A stretch of DNA of 60,258 bases from Bryobacteraceae bacterium (lineage in GTDB: Bacteria; Acidobacteriota; Terriglobia; Bryobacterales; Bryobacteraceae). The translations under genes and the position numbers were made by a program. The notes below the pieces were generated by a model, which worked only from the letters and a program-made list of their open reading frames with translations, did not search any database and was not told the DNA's origin. Positions 19,017-27,008 of this stretch are shown here, piece after piece; the first letter of the stretch is position 1, and each line of letters opens with the position of its first letter. Location: assembly GCA_049514735.1 (NCBI GenBank), contig JBEKUT010000001.1:1-60258 (forward strand), written 5' to 3'.

Positions 19017-19285
19017 GGGTGCGCGACATAGAAGTGGAAGTCACGCGGCCCGACGGCCTTCCCAGTAATTCTCGAAGCGGCGATTGAGGTGGCAACATCG
19101 CAATGCGATGATCGAGTTGGCGCCGCGGACGGTCCAGAACATGCCGGATTGTTTCAGGCGGGAACCGATGACTGTCTTGCAGCCGGCTTCGATCACGCCG
19201 GAGCCAACAAAGAGGTGCTGACGGCGGAACTTGGGATAGCGCATACGGTCGGCATTGCGCTCAAAGTAGTCAGCCTCGGTGCGAG
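19017..19285 (-). mobile_element. Right-end fragment of an ISKra4-like IS (terminal IR plus last ~80 transposase codons)
   Basis: The fragment encodes EADYFERNADRMRYPKFRRQHLFVGSGVIEAGCKTVIGSRLKQSGMFWTVRGANSIIALRCCHLNRRFENYWEGRRAA. This is about 85% identical to the C-terminus of the transposase at 22196-23509. Its terminal sequence GGGTGCGCGACATAGAAGTG (19017-) matches that element's IR. Confidence 0.8.
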
Positions 19286-19299
19286 TCTTTTCCTGGACC

Positions 19300-19880
19300 T
19301 CGATATCCCGTCCGGATCTCGTCAGGGCTGCACGGGAGGCAGCCGACACCCAGTTCGACGTGCTCATCGCCTGCGCGTTCAATTTCGACGCGCATTCCTG
19401 TGAGTTTCATAAGCTTGGCCGCATCCCGGTTCTGAAGGCCAGGATGAATGCCGATCTTCACATGGCCGAAGACCTCAAGAATACCGGGAAGGGCAATCTC
19501 TTTGTCATCTTCGACGAACCCGATATCGAATTGCTGCCGGCCGCCGGGAGCCAGTTGCAGGTCAAGATCGAGGGCGTTGATGTTTTCCATCCCGCTACTG
19601 GCGACATTCGCAGCGACGGACCAGAAGGCATCGCTTGCTGGTTTCTGGATACCGACTACAACGAAGAGAGTTTTTTTGTCCGCCACGCCTATTTCCTCGG
19701 TGCAAACGACCCGTACAAGTCCTGAAGACTACGCTAAGAGCTGAGATCGACGAGGATGCGTGGGCGACTCTGCATAGCGACACGTCGCGGCCGTTCGACA
19801 AGCCGACTTCGGGGCGCATTGCCGTGAAGGTCATCAACCACCTGGGCGACGAAGTCATGAAGGTGTTTCGGGTCGGATAA
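19300..19880 (+). pseudogene. DNA methyltransferase remnant (5'-truncated by the IS fragment, plus a frameshift)
   Basis: The sequence FDVLIACAFNFD ... ADLHMAEDLKNTGKGNLFVIFDEPDIEL ... IACWFLDTDYNEESFFVRHAYFLGANDPYKS continues in another frame as LKTTLRAEIDEDAW ... GRIAVKVINHLGDEVMKVFRV. That is the C-terminal region I associate with a widespread class of site-specific DNA methylases. There is a 1-nt frameshift near 19720. Confidence 0.6.
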
Positions 19881-20113
19881 TCAGAATATGGCTGCGACGA
19901 TACAACTGTCTGAGAATCTCGCGGGCCAGCTGGAAGACCTGGCTAAGGATGAGAGCGTCAGCGCCTTGTCTCTTAGCATTTGGGAACGCCGCAAGCGCCC
20001 GGTGGGGAACGAAGAAGAGTGCGCTTTCCGATCCTATCGAGGGAAGAGACGGGGCCGGGCCGGTCTCTGACCGGACCGGAGATCGACTGGATATTCGCGG
20101 ATGAAGCCACACG

Positions 20114-20533
20114 TCAGTCTTCCAAGTCGTCATCATAAGGGCTGCAATAGACTGCGGAGTCGTGTTCTATTAGACCGAGCCGAACTCGATTGAGAAAACC
20201 ATGCCGACCCAGCACGTTCCGCATCTTTCCGGAATCTTGATAGAAATACACGGTTGTCGAATCCAAAGTCAGATCCAGCACCTGAATGGTTAATTCGTGC
20301 CCGAAAGCCTGAAAACTCCCGCCCATCGAACTGAACTCCCTAAGCTCACCCTTTTCGACGTCGATTGCGAGAGCTTCGGCATACCCTCGTTCGAACATGC
20401 AGTAGTCCGCTCCGGTGTCGATCTTGGCCGTCAGATCAAGTGATACGTCCGAGACTCGCAGCGAAACGGGAACAGCGATGCCGGTTTGCCTGTCGTCAAA
20501 ACGATAGCGTGTCTTGAAGCGCAGAGGAAACAT
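20114..20533 (-). CDS. Retropepsin-like (clan AA) aspartic protease
   Basis: It is 139 aa with the catalytic-type motif KIDTGADYCMF and the C-terminal pattern LGRHGFLNRVRLGLIEHD, both typical of small bacterial retropepsin-like proteins. Confidence 0.6.
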   Translation of the reverse strand: MFPLRFKTRYRFDDRQTGIAVPVSLRVSDVSLDLTAKIDTGADYCMFERGYAEALAIDVEKGELREFSSMGGSFQAFGHELTIQVLDLTLDSTTVYFYQDSGKMRNVLGRHGFLNRVRLGLIEHDSAVYCSPYDDDLED

Positions 20534-20539
20534 CGGATC

Positions 20540-20980
20540 TTACCAGCCCCCAAACGGCAACTCGTCCTCGTCGGGTACATGGACGATCAAGGCACGATCG
20601 AATCCACGCTCCCTCGCATCCCAAAAGACCTCTTTGGCCGATTGCCCGTGGCTGATCAGCGAATCGCCAAACAGCGCCACCCATTGGCCCCGGAACTCCC
20701 TGCCATGCTCGTGAAACCAATTCTGTTCGCGAACCCGATCGGGGTCCACTATGCTCGCTTCGATGGCTGAAGGGTCCACTCCCGAGCGCAATGCGCTGAC
20801 TTTCCGGGCCCGATTGGCCGCGTGACTGTTACGGGTCCGTGCTCCAGAGAGTCCATCGCGCCCAACGGGAACAAAGTGTCCGCGCTGCGCTAAGGGTGTC
20901 GACGCGCTCCGATATCTTACTTGTGGTCGGCTTCTTCGGGCACGTAACAGGGGTTTTAGAGTCAAAGCGTGACCGCTCAT
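20540..20980 (-). CDS. Hypothetical protein: basic disordered N-half, DUF5678-like C-half
   Basis: The C-terminal part WFHEHGREFRGQWVALFGDSLISHGQSAKEVFWDARERGFDRALIVHVPDEDELPFGG resembles the small partner proteins usually encoded next to retropepsin-like proteases. Start ATG 20980 forms an ATGA overlap with the upstream gene. A 6-nt gap separates it from the protease gene. Confidence 0.45.
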   Translation of the reverse strand: MSGHALTLKPLLRARRSRPQVRYRSASTPLAQRGHFVPVGRDGLSGARTRNSHAANRARKVSALRSGVDPSAIEASIVDPDRVREQNWFHEHGREFRGQWVALFGDSLISHGQSAKEVFWDARERGFDRALIVHVPDEDELPFGGW

Positions 20981-21654
20981 GATTGTGCCTCGATCATACC
21001 GATCCCCAATGCGCCGAGGAGACCGCCAAGCCGATCCCATGCCGCTTCGATCGCATTGACCGGATCGAGCTTGCGATAGACGAGCGTCGCGCTCACCTGT
21101 AGAGGGACATCGTTGTCGCCCGTGCGGTTGAGGACCAGACTCGACTCCTTACCACCTGACTTTGGATCAGGCGGCAGATAGAAGACGACTGCTGTCTCCG
21201 TGCCTAAAGGGAGACCGTCGGGCTTCGGAGCGAACCGGTTCAGGAACTCCTGATAGGAGCCATCTTCAATCTTCGCCTCCATTTCCACCTGTATAGTATG
21301 GCTGGTGGCCTGGACCCCTGCGAGAGCGGCCTCCAGAGCCTGCCAGATCTGAAGCGGAAAATCTTTAGCGGGCGGCTCATTCAAGGTGCAATCGTTAAAG
21401 TGGATTTCCGTTCGGTCCCCGCGGACCTTCACGGTAACGCTGGAGTTGTCCAGTTCGATAATCAACGCCCGCTCGCCTGGATCGCCATCTTCCAACCGGA
21501 AATTCTCGCTGGCTGCGCCGTACGCGGCGAGTCTTTCCAGTAGAACGTCGCAGAGTTTGCCAGGGGTGTCGAGCAGCCGAAAACCGGACGGAGAGATCGC
21601 GATCTCATAAGTCAAATCCCAGGTTTCAGGTCGAATTCGCAAGCGAGGCATCAC
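20977..21654 (-). CDS. Hypothetical protein (first gene of the 3-gene cassette)
   Basis: It is a 225-aa ORF with protein-like composition. I recognised no motif. It is translationally coupled to the next gene. Confidence 0.5.
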   Translation of the reverse strand: MMPRLRIRPETWDLTYEIAISPSGFRLLDTPGKLCDVLLERLAAYGAASENFRLEDGDPGERALIIELDNSSVTVKVRGDRTEIHFNDCTLNEPPAKDFPLQIWQALEAALAGVQATSHTIQVEMEAKIEDGSYQEFLNRFAPKPDGLPLGTETAVVFYLPPDPKSGGKESSLVLNRTGDNDVPLQVSATLVYRKLDPVNAIEAAWDRLGGLLGALGIGMIEAQS

Positions 21655-21794
21655 CTACCAGATTACCTGTTCGGTGGGGGCCAAAGCGCGTGCAGAGTTG
21701 TCCAAGGGTGCGCGACATCGAAATGACAGATTGCCGGTTTCCTTTTTTCAGGCTGCGAATCTGAGCGTATAATAACGTTCAGAAAGGATTTCTT

Positions 21795-22199
21795 ATGCTC
21801 GATGTCGCTAACCTGGAAGCTGATCGCTCCCGGCTTCTCGATGAGTTCCTCGGCTTGGGCGATCTGCGGCCCGGCTCCATTACTGCCGTTGTCCGGCGTT
21901 GTGGTAAGCCGTCCTGTCATTGCGCCAAGCCGAACGATCCCGGTCATGATCCCCAGTTCCGCCTGACTCGCAGAGTGGCGGGCAAAACGGTGACCGAGAC
22001 GTTCCCCAATCCGACTGCGCTACGCAAGGCGCAGCAGGAGGTCTCCGAGTTCCACCGGTTCCAGAAGCTCAGCGAAGAATTGGTGAGCATTAACGAGAAA
22101 ATCTGCGAGCTTCGTCCCGGCCAGCAACAACGAGGCGGCTGGACCGACCAGGAAAAAAAACGGCTGCTGCAATCCATCAAGAGATCGCGCGGGAAGTGA
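21795..22199 (+). CDS. IS orfA (Cys-rich DUF6788-like N-terminal transposase module)
   Basis: The motif GSITAVVRRCGKPSCHCAKPNDPGHDPQFRLTRRVAGKTVTETF is one I associate with the N-termini of these transposases. The ORF ends in a GTGA overlap with orfB. An A8 run at 22153-22160 lies 36 nt before its stop codon. Confidence 0.7.
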   Translation: MLDVANLEADRSRLLDEFLGLGDLRPGSITAVVRRCGKPSCHCAKPNDPGHDPQFRLTRRVAGKTVTETFPNPTALRKAQQEVSEFHRFQKLSEELVSINEKICELRPGQQQRGGWTDQEKKRLLQSIKRSRGK

Positions 22200-23509
22200 A
22201 CCAACTGCTGACCCGGATCTTTGCACAGCGCCGCACTACGGATCGAATGGATCTGGAGGCCGTGGAGAATGCGTTGCGGTCGGCTCTTCATCACGCCGGC
22301 GCGGCCGCTTTGAGCGAACTGCTGCAATTCGAGCCCCCGGCTGCAGACCAGCGTCAACTGCCGTGTCCGTGTGGGCATCGCGCTCAGTACCAGGAACTGC
22401 GCTCTAAAACGGTGCTCACGGTAGTAGGCCCCGCACGGATGCTGCGCCCTTACTACCTGTGCTCCCATTGTCACCAGGGGCAATTTCCCGCCGACGTGGA
22501 ACTCGATGTGGAGGGCACGGAGTTTTCGCCTGGCGTGCGGCGCATGTTGGCCGTAGTAGGACAGGCGGCGCCCTTCGATAACGGGCGAGAGCAAATGAAA
22601 CTACTAGCCGCCCTCGACGTCACCACCAAAGCGGTGGAGCGAACGGCGGAAACCATAGGGGAAGACATCGGCGCACGCGAACGAGAGCAGATCCAGCGGG
22701 CCGTACAATTGGATCTCCCCGTTATCGTAGGCGAGCCGGTTCCCATTCTTTATGTCCAGATGGACGGAACGGGAATACCTGTGACGAAGGCCGAGCGCAG
22801 AGAAGGCAAAAGCGTGGGACTGCCTGCGCACACACGAGAAGTCAAACTGGGTTGCTCGTTTACGCAGACCACCTGGGACCAGGAAGGCTACGCCATCCGC
22901 GATCCAGATTCGACCACCTACACGGGTGCTATTGAAACCGCCGCCGAGTTCGGCAGACGCATATATCTGGAAGCATGGAACCGCGGCTGGAGCCGGGCCG
23001 AGAAGAAAGTGGTGATTGGCGACGGGGCCGAGTGGATCTGGAACATCGCCGAGGAACACTTTCCCGGAGCCATTCAGATTGTCGATCTATTTCATGCGCG
23101 TCAGCACCTCTGGGATCTGACGAGACTCCTATACCCGGGCGACGAGGCGCGCCAGAAAGCCTGGATACTGCGTCACCAGAGCAAACTGGATGAAGGAAAG
23201 ATCGAGAAGCTGGTGCGCTTTCTTCGCTCCCTCCAAGCGCCCTCTCCCGAACTGGCCGAAACCATCCGCAAAGAAGCCGATTATTTTGAGAAAAACGCCG
23301 CGCGGATGCGCTATCCCGACTTCCGCAAGCAGCACCTTTTCGTCGGCTCCGGTGTAATCGAAGCCGGATGCAAAACCGTCATCGGCAGCCGCCTCAAACA
23401 GTCGGGCATGTTTTGGACGGTCCGAGGCGCCAATGCCATCATCGCTCTGCGCTGCTGCCAGCTCAACGGCGAACTTGAACAGTATTGGGAAAATCGCCGT
23501 GCCGCGTAA
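22196..23509 (+). CDS. ISKra4 family transposase (orfB; possibly expressed as an orfAB fusion)
   Basis: It is 437 aa. The C-terminal signature is ADYFEKNAARMRYPDFRKQHLFVGSGVIEAGCKTVIGSRLKQSGMFWTVRGANAIIALRCC. The reading frame is already open from 22094, upstream of the GTG. Confidence 0.8.
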   Translation: MNQLLTRIFAQRRTTDRMDLEAVENALRSALHHAGAAALSELLQFEPPAADQRQLPCPCGHRAQYQELRSKTVLTVVGPARMLRPYYLCSHCHQGQFPADVELDVEGTEFSPGVRRMLAVVGQAAPFDNGREQMKLLAALDVTTKAVERTAETIGEDIGAREREQIQRAVQLDLPVIVGEPVPILYVQMDGTGIPVTKAERREGKSVGLPAHTREVKLGCSFTQTTWDQEGYAIRDPDSTTYTGAIETAAEFGRRIYLEAWNRGWSRAEKKVVIGDGAEWIWNIAEEHFPGAIQIVDLFHARQHLWDLTRLLYPGDEARQKAWILRHQSKLDEGKIEKLVRFLRSLQAPSPELAETIRKEADYFEKNAARMRYPDFRKQHLFVGSGVIEAGCKTVIGSRLKQSGMFWTVRGANAIIALRCCQLNGELEQYWENRRAA

Positions 23510-23657
23510 CTATGAATCCATCTTAATCACTTCTGTGTCGCACACCCGTTGTCCAAGAGGGCGCCCGCAGGGGATCCATGATGCGTCTCCGATGTCGATG
23601 GTTAGATGGCCCGTCTTGCGACAGACACGCGTTGCTGTATGGTGCCTGTCTGGAATT

Positions 23658-24234
23658 ATGATGAAGCTCTGGATCTTCGCTCGCAGTGTCTTTGCGTCGA
23701 ACGGTCTGCGCCTGACGCACAGTTTGGGCCACCGGCCAACAGAGAAACGACACAACCGGGAGACGTCGAGAACGTTTCACGGACCACGATGACGGTCTAT
23801 TCGCCCAAAGAGGTCTGCGATTGGCTGACATCTAAAGAGATCGCATGCGTGCTCTTGAAAATACCGCGTGCCGCTCTCCGGGCCGCGATGGAATGGGCGA
23901 TGCCGTAGTCAGATGAATCCGAAAGCACCGCTGGCGCTCGAACGATGCGCAGAGGACCATGGGGTTGCTCAGCTTGCACGCCGCGGAATATCACATCGAT
24001 CCGCACAAGATCGGCGTGCTTGGATTCTCCGCGGGCGGGCACCAAGTTTAAGTTGAATCCGGATGTGCCTGCCAACAATTCGTTGGTTTACTAGATTGCG
24101 GTGAAGAACGCCGGGGTTCCGCAGAAATGCATTTATACGCGGAAGGCAAACATGCCTTTGGGCCGCTTCCCAAGAAGTTTCCGATAACGCGATGGCCGCA
24201 GTTAGTGGAGACTTGGCTGGGACGATCGGGATGA
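23658..24234 (+). pseudogene. Alpha/beta hydrolase (esterase-like) pseudogene with multiple frameshifts and deletions
   Basis: The pieces lie in different frames: signal-like MMKLWIFARSVFAS; TMTVYSPKE..DWLTSKEIACVLLK; DAQRTMGLLSLHAAEYHIDPHKIGVLGFSAGGH followed by a stop (nucleophile elbow GFSAG); VKNAGVP; and EMHLYAEGKHAFG..PITRWPQLVETWL. Confidence 0.5.
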
Positions 24235-24287
24235 TTTCGAAATAGCGCTCCGAGCGCGAGCTATGATGGCGACGGAGATTCTCGCCG

Positions 24288-26708
24288 TTGCATTGGCTCG
24301 CCAGCTTCTTACAACACCTGCGGTTCGCCTTCCGCCTGTTTCGTAAGAGCCCGGCATTTGCAGTCATCGCTATCGCAACAATCGCGCTAGGCACCGGCGC
24401 AAATACGGCCATCTTCAGTGTGGTGTATGCGGTTCTGATGAAGCCGCTCCCTTATCGCGATCCCGGCCGGCTCATCAGCCTCTCAGAAAAACATCTGTCG
24501 ATGCCGGGAGTGGACCGCCTGGCTTACGCCACCGGCCGCGACCTGCTCCAGCGGAGTGGCGCCATCGAGGACATCGTGTACTATCGCGACGGCGCAGGCG
24601 GCCGCATGATTGAAGACGGCGAAGCGGAGGTCGTCCGGGGCCAGCGTGTCAGCGCCAACTTTTTCGATTGTCTCGGTGTTCGAGCCCAATTAGGCCGCAC
24701 CTTCGTCCCGAACGACCGCCTGCCGGGCAGCAATGAGGTCGCGATGTTGTCTGATGCGCTCTGGCGGAACCGGTTTGGCGGCGACCGAGCCATCATCGGC
24801 CGTCCGCTCCACATATCCGGCCGTCTCATTCGCGTCATCGGCGTCTTGCCGGCAAGCTTTCATCCGTTTCACATGTCGAACCCGGGTGAGATACCGCAGA
24901 TTTTTCGGGCCGTCGAAATCGCAGATATGGAGTCTGAGGATCGGCGTGAAGGCGCGACTGCCATCGCGCGTTTGAAGCAGAGCCCAACAGCCGGGCAGGC
25001 GCAGGCGGCCTTGGACACTACCATGCGGATCTTGATACGGGAGCATCCAACGGACTATCCGCGCGACGCGGCCGTTATCGTCCAGCCTCTTGACAAAAAG
25101 TTAACCGGGAACGTTCGAACCATCTTATGGGTGCTACAGGGAGCGGCCGTGTTTGTACTTCTGATTACCTGCGCGAACGTCGCCAATCTCCTGCTGACTC
25201 GGGCCAGCACGCGTGACACCGAGATGGCGGTGCGAGCGGCGTTGGGTTGCGGCCGCTGGAGGCTGGTTCGGCAAGTCCTGACGGAAAGCCTTGTGCTCTC
25301 CCTTCTGGGCGGCTTGGCTGGCCTGATGCTGGCATGGGCTGCGACGAAGGCCGTGACCGTCTTCGCCCCAACAGAGATCCCCCGTGCGGATGAGATCCGG
25401 ATGGACAGCAGCATCTTAATCTATGCAGTTCCGATCAGCGTCATAAACGCGGCGCTGTTTGGCTCCGCTTCCGCCATCAAGGTGGCGCGGCTTAGGCTGC
25501 ACGAGGTTCTACAAAGCAGCCGCGATCCTTCCGGCGGACGCCAGGCACGTCACATGCGCAATGGGTTGGTTATCGCTGAGATCGCTTCCGCTTTTGTGCT
25601 CATCATCGGCGCTGGCTTACTCGGACGCAGCCTGAATCAACTGTTCGGCGTCGACGCAGGCTACGACCCTCACCATCTTCTGACAATGACCGCGTTCATT
25701 GACGACGACACGCCGGAGAAACAGCTGCAGCATTATCGACGGATCGTCGACGGGGTTCGTGCGCTGCCCGGCGTTCGAGATGCGGCTATGGTCAGCACCC
25801 TCCCCCTCAGTTCGCCGCAACAGAGCAGCGTCTATGTCGAAGGCCGGTTGCTGCCGAACGATGCCGCGGCGCCGGCGATCGACTCCTACTTCGCCACTCC
25901 CGACTATTTCCGTGTCATGAGAATCCCGCTCCGGCGCGGGCGCTTTTTCAGCCACCAGGACGGGCCCAACTCGACTCCCGTTGCGATCGTAAGTGAATCG
26001 TGCGCACGCGCGCTATTCCCGAACGAGGATCCCATCGGCAAGAGACTTGGCTTCGGCGGCCGCGGCCAGTGGGTGACCATCGTGGGTATCGTCGGCGATG
26101 TGTGGCAACACGGCATGGACGAAGGGCCGAGCGCGGGCGTGTACTGCCCGCAGGCGCAGCATGCAGCTTACTACTATCGGCTGCTCGTCCGGACGGCAGG
26201 CAATCCATGGCACTTATACCCGGCGGTGCGCGCGGTGCTGCGTGAATTGGACCCGAACCAACCCATGTTCCATGTCCAACCGATGGACGACTACGTAACA
26301 AAATCGCTGGCCAACCGCGTTTTCGCACTTTCCTTAATCGGTTTCCTCGGCCTGCTTGCCCTCGTCCTCGCTGCAATCGGCATCTATGGCGTGGTCTCTT
26401 ACACGGTCAGCCTGCGCACACGTGAGTTGGGCATTCGCATAGCGCTGGGGGCCGGCCGCGCGGCGGTAATGGGGCTTGTGATGGGAGATCTGTTAGCGCT
26501 ACTCGGCACGGGTCTGGGCATCGGACTTATCGGCGCCTTGGTCCTGACCCGCTTCCTGGTCCATCTGCTTTACGGCGTTCATACGACCGACTTGGTTACG
26601 GTGCTCGCAGCTGCGCTGATCGTCGCTTGCGTCGCGCTCGCCGCCGCTATTGTGCCTTGCCGCCGCGCCATCGGCGTGAATCCCTCGACAGCCCTGCGGC
26701 ATTCCTGA
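24288..26708 (+). CDS. ADOP family duplicated FtsX/MacB-like ABC transporter permease
   Basis: It is 806 aa. The N-terminus is LRFAFRLFRKSPAFAVIAIATIALGTGANTAIFSVVYAVLMKPLPY. Two MacB-periplasmic + FtsX modules sit in one chain. The start is TTG. No ATPase gene is adjacent. Confidence 0.85.
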   Translation: MHWLASFLQHLRFAFRLFRKSPAFAVIAIATIALGTGANTAIFSVVYAVLMKPLPYRDPGRLISLSEKHLSMPGVDRLAYATGRDLLQRSGAIEDIVYYRDGAGGRMIEDGEAEVVRGQRVSANFFDCLGVRAQLGRTFVPNDRLPGSNEVAMLSDALWRNRFGGDRAIIGRPLHISGRLIRVIGVLPASFHPFHMSNPGEIPQIFRAVEIADMESEDRREGATAIARLKQSPTAGQAQAALDTTMRILIREHPTDYPRDAAVIVQPLDKKLTGNVRTILWVLQGAAVFVLLITCANVANLLLTRASTRDTEMAVRAALGCGRWRLVRQVLTESLVLSLLGGLAGLMLAWAATKAVTVFAPTEIPRADEIRMDSSILIYAVPISVINAALFGSASAIKVARLRLHEVLQSSRDPSGGRQARHMRNGLVIAEIASAFVLIIGAGLLGRSLNQLFGVDAGYDPHHLLTMTAFIDDDTPEKQLQHYRRIVDGVRALPGVRDAAMVSTLPLSSPQQSSVYVEGRLLPNDAAAPAIDSYFATPDYFRVMRIPLRRGRFFSHQDGPNSTPVAIVSESCARALFPNEDPIGKRLGFGGRGQWVTIVGIVGDVWQHGMDEGPSAGVYCPQAQHAAYYYRLLVRTAGNPWHLYPAVRAVLRELDPNQPMFHVQPMDDYVTKSLANRVFALSLIGFLGLLALVLAAIGIYGVVSYTVSLRTRELGIRIALGAGRAAVMGLVMGDLLALLGTGLGIGLIGALVLTRFLVHLLYGVHTTDLVTVLAAALIVACVALAAAIVPCRRAIGVNPSTALRHS

Positions 26709-26747
26709 ACTGTCAACAGAGGAACTAAATACGCGCGGAACATGCGT

Positions 26748-26950
26748 TTAGATAGCGCACGCCAGAAAGACCAGTTCCTGGCGCAGGGTGTCGAAGTGCT
26801 TTTCAGGCTCAGTTGACTCCGGCAGCCTTCGGCTGACCCCAATCATCACACCCTGGAGCATCGAAGCTATGAGTTGAGGATCGGTGGTGAGCTGCTACAT
26901 GCCCGCCTGGAGCAATACCTGAATGGTCGCGTCGAGCTTGAGAACGCTGC
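26748..26950 (-). pseudogene. TetR/AcrR family regulator remnant
   Basis: The minus-strand reading is LDATIQVLLQAGM-stop-QLTTDPQLIASMLQGVMIGVSRRLPESTEPEKHFDTLRQELVFLA. The start of the HTH region is joined directly to a TetR-like C-terminus, with an in-frame stop. It lies divergent from the aldo-keto reductase gene. Confidence 0.4.
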
Positions 26951-27008
26951 CGTAAATGCAAAGTCCTGAATGGAAGGTTTCTTCATCTAACCACGGTAGG
27001 AGACACGA

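Larger units (their letters stand above)
21706..23547 (+). mobile_element. Intact ISKra4-like insertion sequence (about 1.84 kb) with a 9-bp target-site duplication
   Basis: The left end is GGGTGCGCGACATCGAAATGA. The reverse complement of the right end is GGGTGTGCGACACAGAAGTGA (18 of 22 positions match). Direct repeats GTTGTCCAA flank it at 21697-21705 and 23548-23556. It carries two ORFs. Confidence 0.85.

Noticed and set aside
19888-20070. 60-aa ORF with an RHH-antitoxin-like start (MAATIQLSENLAGQLEDLAKDESVS)
   Set aside because: After about 25 residues it becomes Arg/Gly-rich nonsense and has no partner toxin. It is probably another remnant in the decayed island and is not reported as a gene.
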